A DNA stretch of 64,000 bases from an uncultured Gammaproteobacteria bacterium (GTDB lineage: Bacteria; Pseudomonadota; Gammaproteobacteria; UBA9214). Positions 20,648 through 29,328 of the stretch are shown here, one piece after another. A program made the position numbers and the translations under genes. The DNA lies in contig CAVYZN010000027.1 of the NCBI GenBank assembly GCA_963773065.1, positions 1 through 64,000 on the forward strand, read 5' to 3'. Under the pieces are notes generated by a model. It searched no databases. It worked only from the letters and a program-made list of their open reading frames with translations, and was not told the origin of the DNA. Positions within the stretch are counted from its first letter, which is position 1, and each line of letters begins with the position of its first letter.

Positions 20648-20953
20648 TCAGAGCCAGGACTGTACGCTGTCGTGGCGGGTGACAAGATCGACGAAACCGC
20701 CGTAATCCACCACGGTGACGCCGTCGATGACATGGTCCTGGCTGATCCCGCGGGCCTGCAGGTCCGGCCCAAGTACGTAAAATGAAACACCGGAGGCATC
20801 CTGTATTCTGGACATGGCCTGGCTGCCCTTAATGACGGCGTAGATGCCGTCCTCGATCAGCAGGACGGAGCTGCCGTCTTTGGCATGACTGAGGCAGGAA
20901 TCGAAGGAATTGCGTTCGAAGGGTGATTTGTTGACGGTATGCAACATTGCCAT
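20648..20953 (-). CDS. dsrH: DsrH
   Basis: LHTVNKSPF, LLIEDGIY, DLQARG, VDYGGFVDL..SW. Confidence 0.95.
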   Translation of the reverse strand: MAMLHTVNKSPFERNSFDSCLSHAKDGSSVLLIEDGIYAVIKGSQAMSRIQDASGVSFYVLGPDLQARGISQDHVIDGVTVVDYGGFVDLVTRHDSVQSWL

Positions 20954-20966
20954 GGTCGATGCTCCC

Positions 20967-21374
20967 TCAGAAACTCATTACAACGTCTTGCTGATCCATG
21001 ATGTCGGCAAGTTCCGCGCGGCTCACAAGCTGGATGGAATCCTTCTCCGCATAGTCCTCGTCCTCGTCCTCATAGGTGAGGTGGAGCAGGTTGTCCGGGG
21101 TGAGACCGCGCTGTTCCAGCGACTCCTTTTCGACGTAGATCTTCTTGACTTCGTAATCACCCAGCGCCGAATAGGTGGGTGAGAAGTTCTTCATGCCGAT
21201 AGCGGTGGTTTTCTGTCCCTTGGCAAGCTGGAAGACGCCGTCGTCGAGGAATGCCAGACTGACATCCTGGTCGAAGGCAGCGCCGATCAGCACCACTTCA
21301 AGCGATTCCAGCGCATAGACCGTACCGTATGGCGCCTTCCTGTTTACGTATAAAAACTTCTTTATTTCCGCCAT
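20967..21374 (-). CDS. dsrF: DsrF
   Basis: NRKAPYGTVYALESLE, FLDDGVFQL, ESLEQRGL. Confidence 0.95.
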   Translation of the reverse strand: MAEIKKFLYVNRKAPYGTVYALESLEVVLIGAAFDQDVSLAFLDDGVFQLAKGQKTTAIGMKNFSPTYSALGDYEVKKIYVEKESLEQRGLTPDNLLHLTYEDEDEDYAEKDSIQLVSRAELADIMDQQDVVMSF

Positions 21375-21385
21375 GATCGACTCCC

Positions 21386-21778
21386 TCAATCACCAAAGAT
21401 GACCAGCCGGTCAGACTGAATACCGGCTTCGATCAACTGTCCGAGCCCGGAGATGCGGAAACCATCCGCGATGTTGTCTCCGCTTTTGCCGTGCCGCTTG
21501 GCCTCATCCGCATCCAGGATCCCGCGACGCTGAGCCGCGGCGACGCAAACCACCAGATCAAGGTCATGTTTCTTGGCCAGTTCGGACCAGAGTTGGGTGA
21601 TGTTGCGGTCATCCTGCGGCGGTACGCCATAGCGAGTGCCGTTATTGACACCATCGTGGTAGAAAAACACGCGGGTGATTTCATGGCCCTTGTCCAGCGC
21701 AGCCTTGGTGAACTGATAGGCGCTGTCTGCGGACTGGTGTTGATACGGACCCTCATTGACCATAACTGCTAGCTTCAC
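21386..21778 (-). CDS. dsrE: DsrE
   Basis: NEGPYQH, VFFYHDGV, VVCVAAAQRRG (active Cys), SGLGQL. Confidence 0.96.
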   Translation of the reverse strand: MKLAVMVNEGPYQHQSADSAYQFTKAALDKGHEITRVFFYHDGVNNGTRYGVPPQDDRNITQLWSELAKKHDLDLVVCVAAAQRRGILDADEAKRHGKSGDNIADGFRISGLGQLIEAGIQSDRLVIFGD

Positions 21779-21803
21779 GCGGTTGACTCCTTATAAGTTG
21801 CAA

Positions 21804-22877
21804 TCAGAAGCGGATATGGGTGGAGGCGTTCAGGCTGGCGCGGGAGCCGCGCCAGTTGTCGATGTGGTACTTGGTGAACGGCAGACCGGTCACCTCGAAG
21901 AAGCGCGGCCAGCCGATCCGTTCAATCCAGTCGTTCATGCGTTCCCAGTCCTTGGCGTTTTCCTTGTAGGCCTTGAGTATCCCCTTCACCACGGCCGTGG
22001 CTTCCGGCCAGCGCGGCGGATTGTTCGGGATACCGGCGGCAACCAGTTTCTGGAAGGTCGGCTTGCCGCGGGCATTGGAGTGGTTGCCCCCAACCCAGAT
22101 GGCAAGTTTGGAATGCTCGGCATCGTTGATCTGCATGGGCGGGCAGGGCGGGTAGCAGGCGCCGCAGCAGATGCATTTCTTCTCGTCCACTTCCAGGGAC
22201 GGTTTGCCATTGACCAGCGCCGGGCGTATCGCCGCGACGGGGCAGCGCGCCACGACCGAGGGACGTTCACAGACATTGGATACCAGGTCGTGGTTGATCT
22301 TCGGCGGCTTGGTGTGCTGGACATTGATGGCGATATCGCCCTGGCCGCCGCAGTTGATTTGGCAGCAGGAAGTGGTCATGTGCACGCGGTTTGGCATCTC
22401 CCAGCTTTTGAATTCATGGATGAGTTCATCCATCATCGATTTGACGACGCCGGAGGCGTCGGTGCCCGGGATGTCGCAGTGCAGCCAGCCCTGGGTGTGG
22501 GAGATCATGGCGACGGAATTGCGCGTGCCGCCGACGACATAACCGGCTTTCTCTAGCGCCTTGATCAGGGGTTCGACCTTGGCTTCGTCGGCCACCAGGA
22601 ACTCGATGTTGCTGCGTATGGTGAAGTGGATATATCCCTCGCCGTACTTGTCCCCGATGTCGCACAGTTCGCGCAGCGTGAAGACATCCAGAATGCGCTG
22701 GGTACCGGCGCGGACCGTCCAGATCTTGTCGCCGCTCCTGGCGACATGCACCAGGACGCCCGGACGCGGGTCCTCGTGATAGGCCCACTGACCGTAATTC
22801 TTACGCATCACCGGATGCATGTACTGGAATCCATCGGGACATCCGGACTCGATCGGCGATCGCATATCTTGTGCCAT
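21804..22877 (-). CDS. dsrB: Reverse dissimilatory sulfite reductase beta subunit
   Basis: HTQGWLHCDIPGTDASG, SCCQINCG, CICCGACYPPC, NASTHIRF. Confidence 0.98.
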   Translation of the reverse strand: MAQDMRSPIESGCPDGFQYMHPVMRKNYGQWAYHEDPRPGVLVHVARSGDKIWTVRAGTQRILDVFTLRELCDIGDKYGEGYIHFTIRSNIEFLVADEAKVEPLIKALEKAGYVVGGTRNSVAMISHTQGWLHCDIPGTDASGVVKSMMDELIHEFKSWEMPNRVHMTTSCCQINCGGQGDIAINVQHTKPPKINHDLVSNVCERPSVVARCPVAAIRPALVNGKPSLEVDEKKCICCGACYPPCPPMQINDAEHSKLAIWVGGNHSNARGKPTFQKLVAAGIPNNPPRWPEATAVVKGILKAYKENAKDWERMNDWIERIGWPRFFEVTGLPFTKYHIDNWRGSRASLNASTHIRF

Positions 22878-22957
22878 GTGACTCTCCTGAAATTCTGTCG
22901 TAATTAAGCAGCTCCCGGTGTGTCAGTCACCGGGACTGCCGTGTTGTGCCTGGACCG

Positions 22958-24224
22958 TTACGCGGAAGCCGTCAGTTTCTCTTCGCGCTTTCTCTGAAAC
23001 CACTTTTCGGCCTCCTCATCCCAGCCGTCCATGCGGATATAGGAGGACTGACGCGGATAGTTGACCATGTGCGGGTCGACATCGATGCCGATGCCTTCGA
23101 GGAAGTTCACCAGGCCGATGCGCTCGATCATCTCGCCGCAACGCTCATGCTCCAGGCCGTTCTCGGCCCAGAAGTCGATGATCTCTTCGGCCATTTCCAC
23201 GATCCGCTCGTAATCTTCCTCGGTTTCCAGCTTCATGAACGGCACGACGACGGTGCCCATCAGGTCGCCGATCTTCAGGGTGCGCTTGCCGCCGATGAGG
23301 ATGGTGACGCCCTTGTCGTCTCCCGGGTGCAGCGCCCTGGGCATGACGTTCAGGCAGTGCATGCAGCGCACACAGTTGTGGTTGTCCACGATCAGGTCAT
23401 CGTCATCAGTGAGGGACAGGGCATGGGTCGGGCAGCGGGCAGATGACGTTGTCAAGGAGGTACTGGCGGCCTTTCTTCTTGACATAGTACTTGATCTCGT
23501 CCTGGTTGACCTTCATGTCGTCACGCCAGGTGCCGATCACGGCGAAGTCGGAGCGCTCGATGGAGTTCTGGCAGTCGTTCGGGCAGCCGGATACCTTGAA
23601 CTTGAACTTGTAGGGCAGGGCCGGACGGTGCACGTCATCGGTGAAATTGTTCACCAGGTGACGATGGATGCTGTGTTCATGCGCGCAGGACATCTCGCAG
23701 CGGGCTGAGCCCACACAGGACATGGCGGTGCGCACACAGGGGCCGGCGCCGCCGAGGTCAAAACCATACTCGTTGATTTCATCGAAGAAATGCTGGGTGT
23801 TTTCGGTGCTGGCGCCGATGAACATGATGTTGCCGGTCTGACCGTGGAAGGTCACCAGGCCGGAACCGTATTTCTCCCAGCTGTCGCCGAGCTGGCGCAG
23901 CATGGCCGTGGTGTAGAAATTACCCGCCGGCGGTTGTACGCGCAGGGTATGAAATTCCTTTGACTCGGGGAAGGCCTTGCCGACCTCCGAGAAGCGCGGG
24001 ATGATGCCGCCGCCATAGCCATACACGCTCACGGTGCCGCCTTTCCAGTAGCCCTTGCGGGTTTCATAGGAATGTTCCAGCTGCCCCAGCAGACTATTGG
24101 CCATCGCATTGATGCGCTTATCGGGGTGCTTGTCACGCAGCCGTTTGATGCCTGAAATGAAGCTGGGCCAAGGGCCGTTTTCCAGGTCATCAAGCATTGG
24201 TGTTGGGTGGGTGTCTTTAGCCAT
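22958..24224 (-). CDS. dsrA: Reverse dissimilatory sulfite reductase alpha subunit, frameshift near 23435
   Basis: TPMLDDLENGPWPSF, YWKGG, CVGSARC, SGCPNDC in ORF 23406-24251; CVRCMHCLN, HERCGEMIER in ORF 22958-23485. Confidence 0.97.
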
Positions 24225-24402
24225 GGAGATCTCCTCGGTTGTTACTGTCATACACCATCAATTTAGAGTGGACACGTGCTTCTCGCGAGTGATTGCCTGC
24301 ATATCCCTCAGGCAACTGGAAATCAGCAACTTATGGGCTGCACGAAAGCAGCCTCCTGCTTGATACACGAATTCTAGATGTGGCCCTTGCGTGAACATAT
24401 CT

Positions 24403-24564
24403 TACCCATGGGATGGCACGGGATATGCCGCCGTATCTCGAAAGGGGTATAGGAAAAAATAGTATTCAAAACCGTGCAGTTACCAATTCTTCCTGTCAAT
24501 ACTAATATCCGTAAAACTTTTTCTTATCATCACGGGCACTTGAATTAACTTTATGAATACCCAT
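24403..24564. promoter_or_regulatory. Divergent dsrA/tauD-like promoter region with NarL-type heptamers
   Basis: TACCCAT at 24403 and 24558, TACCAAT at 24481, imperfect 7-2-7 TATCTCG-AA-AGGGGTA at 24434-24449; AT-rich. Confidence 0.4.
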
Positions 24565-24683
24565 GGCTCGCTTGAGAGTACTCGATGCCCGCCGGATGAG
24601 AATGTGTTGTATTAGTGATCACGCATGCCGCAACATGATCGAGACGCCGGTGCAGTACATATTTCGCAATCGTAATGTAATCT

Positions 24684-25679
24684 GTGCAGCCTGATGACAG
24701 GCTGAGTGGCCCGCCGATGCCGGATTCCATCCTCAACTCGCGATCATTTGGGATTTCCAGTCCCTTCGATCTCGCCGATGTGCGGGCGTATCGGTGCTGG
24801 CGCGAGTGGAAACTCCATGATTACCCCGCTCGGGCGAGTGACCTGATAGTCAGGGTTGCCAATCCCTTTCGGCTCAGCAAGGCGGAGAGGCAGGCCCTGC
24901 TGCGGCGCTGCCAGAAGGCGAATGCCGCCATATACCAGATTACCGATGGCGATTTCGCCGACAAGGATCTCGTGGCATCGTTGGGCCGCCAGTTCGGGCT
25001 GGTGCGACTGGACCGGAACCTGCGTGCGGATGAGGACAGTATCACCTCGCTCAAGGTCATGCCCGAGAAACATGCGACAAATTACATACCCTATAGCAAC
25101 CGACCCCTCAACTGGCATACCGACGGTTATTACAACACGCCCGATGAGCAGGTCAGGGGCGTGGTGCTGCACTGCGTTTCCGATGCGGCGCAAGGGGGCG
25201 AGAATGTCTACCTGGATCATGAAATCGCCTATCTCCTGCTGCGCGATGAGAATCCGGATTATACGGCGGCATTGATGCAACCCGATGCCATGACCATTCC
25301 CGCCAATACCGAGGCCGGAGTCGAGATACGCCCGGCGCAGACCGGTCCGGTGTTTTCCGTCGAGCCGCACACCGGATCGCTGCATATGCGCTATACCGCG
25401 CGCACCCGCAGCATTGCCTGGAAAGACGAGATCAATACGCGCATGGCGGTAGGATTTCTGTCCGAACTCCTTGCCGGCGAATCAGACTGGCTGTTTCGTC
25501 ACCGCCTGCGGCCGGGGGAGGGCATAATCTGCAATAATATACTGCACAAGCGGGAGGCGTTCGCGGATGACCCGGAGAACGGGCGCACGCGATTATTATA
25601 CCGTGCGCGTTACTATGACCGGATAGGCGGCACCGAATTAAACACGCTCTGGTCAGGAGTCCAGCCATGCTCTGGTTGA
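24684..25679 (+). CDS. TauD/TfdA-family Fe/2OG dioxygenase-like protein
   Basis: LNWHTDGYY (HxD), NNILHKR, RLLYRARY; start uncertain (24684 or 24717). Confidence 0.85.
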   Translation: MQPDDRLSGPPMPDSILNSRSFGISSPFDLADVRAYRCWREWKLHDYPARASDLIVRVANPFRLSKAERQALLRRCQKANAAIYQITDGDFADKDLVASLGRQFGLVRLDRNLRADEDSITSLKVMPEKHATNYIPYSNRPLNWHTDGYYNTPDEQVRGVVLHCVSDAAQGGENVYLDHEIAYLLLRDENPDYTAALMQPDAMTIPANTEAGVEIRPAQTGPVFSVEPHTGSLHMRYTARTRSIAWKDEINTRMAVGFLSELLAGESDWLFRHRLRPGEGIICNNILHKREAFADDPENGRTRLLYRARYYDRIGGTELNTLWSGVQPCSG

Positions 25680-25861
25680 GTGAGATGTTGATACAAAATT
25701 ATGATCTTGACTCCTTCGCGGCCTTGACGGAAGCCGTCAAGGCGCGTGCCCGCGCCGGTGAGATGTTCTTCCGCATGGATGTCCGCCCTCCCTTTCCGGA
25801 TACCCCGGAAGATTGGGAGGACCGCCTGGAGGCGGCATTTTCTACGGCACAGCGGCGTTAA
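25667..25861 (+). CDS. Small protein typical of dsr neighbourhoods
   Basis: 64 aa, CAGGAG RBS, overlaps upstream stop; FFRMDVRPPFPDTPEDWEDRLEAAF. Confidence 0.75.
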   Translation: MLWLSEMLIQNYDLDSFAALTEAVKARARAGEMFFRMDVRPPFPDTPEDWEDRLEAAFSTAQRR

Positions 25862-25890
25862 GCGAGACGGGGTGTACCGAGAGGAGGTTG

Positions 25891-26004
25891 ATGAAAAAGG
25901 AGGAGTGCCTGCAGCAGGCCGAGCTGGGCGAGTGCAAAACTGCGGGCGGTTGTGGATTGCTTATCTCGCACAAGGGTATCAAATCCGTAAAACAGGATGC
26001 CTAG
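25891..26004 (+). CDS. Putative 37-aa Cys-containing small protein
   Basis: GAGGAGGT immediately before ATG at 25891; MKKEECLQQAELGECKTAGGCGLLISHKGIKSVKQDA. Confidence 0.4.
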   Translation: MKKEECLQQAELGECKTAGGCGLLISHKGIKSVKQDA

Positions 26005-26129
26005 TAATGCAGTTATCCCGAGCGGGGGGTTGTCTTTTCAACGCATGACGGCAAAATCTGCGTTTTTTGCTCCCACGGGAGTCAGGTGTTTGGCTGGTTT
26101 CTTATCGAGATAATTGTTAGGAGGATCCG

Positions 26130-26468
26130 ATGGAAGTCGTCGTTGATGGAAAGCATATTAATGTAACCGAGACCGGTTTCCTGGTCAGTGTGGAAGACTG
26201 GAATGAAAAGATTGCCGGTGTGATTGCCGAACAGGAAGGTATCGCGCTGACCCAGGAACACTGGGACGTTATCAATTATTTACGTGATGAATATATCAAT
26301 CATAACGGGAATCAGCCCAACAATCGGACCATGCTCAAGGACATGGGTGACAAATGGGGCAAAAAGGTGACCTCGAAGATGATGTATGACCTCTTCCCGG
26401 GCAATCCAAGCAAGCAGGCCGGTCGCATCGGCGGGCTGCCGGAGAGCATGCGCAAGGGCGGCTATTGA
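26130..26468 (+). CDS. TusE/DsrC-family protein with no cysteines
   Basis: TETGFL..EDWNE, HWDVINYLRDEY, LFPGNPSKQAGRIGGLPESMRKGGY. Confidence 0.9.
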   Translation: MEVVVDGKHINVTETGFLVSVEDWNEKIAGVIAEQEGIALTQEHWDVINYLRDEYINHNGNQPNNRTMLKDMGDKWGKKVTSKMMYDLFPGNPSKQAGRIGGLPESMRKGGY

Positions 26469-26577
26469 TCCGGATGGCAACCCATTCGGGATATATTCTC
26501 AGCATATCCCAAGGGTTATATTTTTTAGCAATTCAAGAATATTTTCGTGAATTCATACGTCTCCTGGAGAAAAGGTC

Positions 26578-26781
26578 ATGAGTGAGAAACAGGAACTCAT
26601 CAAGAAGATGTTGGAAATGCAGAAAAAGTTCATCGACTACGAACACCAGCACGGCGTCGAGATGGAAGACTATTTCGTCGGCAAGGAGGGGCATCCCTTG
26701 TACCATTTTCGCCAACAGTACCGGGATCTGGCGATGAAGCTGGTCGACCTGGCCCATGCGGAGAAGGGTTCGCGCCGCTGA
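26578..26781 (+). CDS. Small hypothetical protein
   Basis: 67-aa ORF with GGAG RBS, followed by terminator. Confidence 0.75.
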   Translation: MSEKQELIKKMLEMQKKFIDYEHQHGVEMEDYFVGKEGHPLYHFRQQYRDLAMKLVDLAHAEKGSRR

Positions 26782-26808
26782 GTGCCACCGCTTCGTGAAT
26801 GCACCAAG

Positions 26809-26839
26809 AAAGCCGCGATGAGGATTTCGCGGCTTTTTT
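26809..26839 (+). terminator. Intrinsic terminator
   Basis: AAAGCCGCGA...TCGCGGCTTTTTT. Confidence 0.8.
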
Positions 26840-26840
26840 A

Positions 26841-27044
26841 TGCCTACAGGGATGGCCGCTTCGGTACATCCTGTCCTCACGCGGCACTCATACATCCATG
26901 TACTTCGTAGGTACGGTCGCTCTCGCACATCCTGCGCTTCGTGTCACTCGGACCTCCTATCCGTCGTCGCGGAGCGCAGGGACGATGCACAGGAGGTGCA
27001 AGTGCCGCGTGAGGCAGGAAGCCGGTAGCGGCGGCCGGGAGCGA
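26841..27044. repeat. Cluster of about 50-bp double-hairpin repeats (two direct, one inverted, apparently nested in a fourth)
   Basis: Copies at 26854-26907, 26915-26966 and inverted 26983-27032 share the pattern GCCGCT..TCCTG..CGCGGCACT..TCC..TCG. Confidence 0.75.
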
Positions 27045-27058
27045 TGGTCGTTGTTCAG

Positions 27059-27730
27059 TCAGATTTCCGACCACATGCGCACCAGATTGATGTAGGCATG
27101 GTTGACCTGCGCGGTTTCCTCCGCATCCGGTTTATCCTGCAGCAGTCTTTCCCGTGCCAGGTTCAATTCGTGCAGGAGGGCGCGCTTGTCGGGGTGGCGT
27201 ATCATGCTTTGAATCCAGCTGACCGCGACCAGGCGTTCGCCGCGGGTAACCTCGGTGACACGGTGCCGGCTGGAGGAGGGGTAGATCACCGCATCACCGG
27301 CGGGGAGTTTGACGCGCTGTTCACCGAACGGGGTCTGGATGACCAGCTCGCCCCCGTCGTACTCGTCCGGGCCGGAGAGAAAGATCGTGACGGAAATATC
27401 GGAACGGTATAGATCGCCCTGTCCCATGACCGGGTCATCGACATGGTTGCCATATGACATCCCTGTTGTGTAGCGAGCGTAATAGGGTGCAGCCACCTTC
27501 AGGGGCATGGTGGCGCTGCGATAAACCGGGTGCCTGACAAGACCGCCCATGACCAGGTTGTTCAACTGCCGCATCAGCCGTTCGTCCGCGGAAAGTTCCT
27601 GGTTGTTCTTGACGCGTTGTGCGGCCATGCCGGCGGATAGAACGCCCTCGACGAACCGGCCGCCGGCCATGAGTTTTCTGGCATCCTCAAGCTGGGCGGG
27701 GTCAAGTACGTCGGTCAGGCGGGTGAGCAT
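27059..27730 (-). CDS. PKHD-type Fe(II)/2OG hydroxylase (PiuC/YbiX-like)
   Basis: SAG..RVKNNQE, YGNHVDD, RSDISVTIFLS.PDEYDGGEL, YPSSSRHRV.EVTRGER. Confidence 0.92.
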   Translation of the reverse strand: MLTRLTDVLDPAQLEDARKLMAGGRFVEGVLSAGMAAQRVKNNQELSADERLMRQLNNLVMGGLVRHPVYRSATMPLKVAAPYYARYTTGMSYGNHVDDPVMGQGDLYRSDISVTIFLSGPDEYDGGELVIQTPFGEQRVKLPAGDAVIYPSSSRHRVTEVTRGERLVAVSWIQSMIRHPDKRALLHELNLARERLLQDKPDAEETAQVNHAYINLVRMWSEI

Positions 27731-27814
27731 ATTCGGTGCCCCTGCAAGCGATCAGGCGGATGGGGTAAGATGTCAACGGAGTCGATGTACAGACCAAAGC
27801 ATAAGGCCGGGCAC

Positions 27815-28138
27815 ATGATATTGAAAGTTGTCATTGACGAACAAACGTATCCGATCCGGGTGCCTGACGACATCGTGAGAGATGGCGAGGATTTCTTCAG
27901 CAGGATCGATAAAGACATGGACAAGGGCTGGCAGATGAGCCGGGACTGGGTGGACAGTCCCGACCAGTTGCAACGCTGTCAGATTATCGGTGACAGGATG
28001 CTGACCGCCATGCATAACAACAATGAAAAGATGATGGTGCTCTTGTCCGCCTACATCCTGGCGCGCGTTCCGGGTGCGCTGGGAATCCGTATCGACACCA
28101 ACGGCGAAATGCTGGAGTCCGAGTTGATCACGAACTGA
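27815..28138 (+). CDS. Hypothetical protein
   Basis: 107-aa ORF MILKVVIDEQ..DMDKGWQMSRDWV..QRCQI; hairpin follows at about 28144-28168. Confidence 0.7.
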   Translation: MILKVVIDEQTYPIRVPDDIVRDGEDFFSRIDKDMDKGWQMSRDWVDSPDQLQRCQIIGDRMLTAMHNNNEKMMVLLSAYILARVPGALGIRIDTNGEMLESELITN

Positions 28139-28220
28139 TGCTCATGATCCTGAAGCTCCGGGATCATGGCCGACCTTTTCCGTGTGACAGCGCCGGTCAT
28201 GAGTTGACACCTGATACGGC

Positions 28221-28673
28221 TTACCGGTTAAAACGCTTTTCCATCCTGACATGGGCGATGCAGTTGTAAAGCATCGGGCCCGGGCCGGTCGCCACGTAGC
28301 CGTGCTTCAGGTAGAACCCGAGCGCTGTTTCACGGGCATCGAGTATTAGGCGTACAGCACCCAGGGCGACGGCCTTTTCTTCCAGGCCACACAGTATCAG
28401 CGTGCCGATGCCCCGGCGCCGGCATTCCGTGGCAACGCCCATGTATCGAATGCGGGCCTCGCCTATGGTGGTGAAATGGAGCCGGCCGACACCGAGGATG
28501 GACTGCTCTGCCATCGATGGCCATGAGGTGTGTGCTGTCGGCATCGAGCGGGTCCGTTTCGCTGCCGCGGGGCTGGTTCCACGGGGCGCGCAGTACCCGC
28601 CAGCGCAGATCGTAGTATTGCCTGAACTCCGCGGGTGTCGACGGCTCGATCAACCTGATATCTGGAATGTGTC
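28221..28673 (-). CDS. GNAT acetyltransferase (YiiD N-terminus-like), frameshift near 28510; start approximate
   Basis: YYDLRWRVLRAPWNQPRGSE in one frame; GVGRL, IRYMGV..RRRGIG, LDARETALGFY in the next. Confidence 0.8.
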
Positions 28674-28675
28674 CT

Positions 28676-29302
28676 TCAGGCAAATACCACCCATGTCGTG
28701 GCAATGTATTTCACACCTTTCTGCAGGGTCACGCCACGGTGTTCGTGTGTCCAGAAAGGCGGAAACAGCAGCAGTTTTCCGGCTTCCGGTTTAATGCGGA
28801 CTTTCTGGCAGGAAAACTCGGTTTCGCCGCCCGGTCCCTCGACATCGTTCAGATACCAGACGGCAACCAGCTGGCGCTGGCTGAAGTCATGACTGCCACC
28901 GTCAATGTGCCAGTGATAGTACTCACCTGGGTTGGTGCGCTGGATCGCATAGCCGACGTCCTTGAACGGTCCCTTGAAATAAGGGTAGGTTTCACGCAGT
29001 TCCTTCATCGCCAGGCCCAGGGAGTGGAACAAAGCGCGGTCGATGTCCTTCCAGTGTGGCTTGCCGCTTACGACCAGATCGGTTGACTTCTTGACGCTCT
29101 GGTCCTTGTAGACCACCTGGCCGATGCGACCTTCATACTGTTCGTCCTTGTGTTGTTCGAAACGGCGAATCATTTCCGCGCAGACATCGATCGACAGTGC
29201 CAGACGTTTCTCGAAAATAAAGGTATGTTCCTTGATCTCGGTAATGGTCCTGAGACCGGGGCGTGGCCTGGTTGCATCACTGGTGATTGGCTGATAATTC
29301 AT
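28676..29302 (-). CDS. 2OG-Fe(II) oxygenase (prolyl-4-hydroxylase-like)
   Basis: YHWHIDG, VWYLNDV..GGETEF, LFPPFWTHEHRG, KYIATTW. Confidence 0.88.
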   Translation of the reverse strand: MNYQPITSDATRPRPGLRTITEIKEHTFIFEKRLALSIDVCAEMIRRFEQHKDEQYEGRIGQVVYKDQSVKKSTDLVVSGKPHWKDIDRALFHSLGLAMKELRETYPYFKGPFKDVGYAIQRTNPGEYYHWHIDGGSHDFSQRQLVAVWYLNDVEGPGGETEFSCQKVRIKPEAGKLLLFPPFWTHEHRGVTLQKGVKYIATTWVVFA

Positions 29303-29328
29303 GCGGCGTTCTTATGTCTGTGGATTTC

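Noticed and set aside
23400-23490. Split dsrA as programmed frameshift or pseudogene
   Set aside because: No slippery site or stimulator seen; rest of operon intact; many similar indels elsewhere
26841-27044. Possible CRISPR array
   Set aside because: Units are about 50 bp, divergent, in mixed orientation, without regular unique spacers, and no cas genes are nearby
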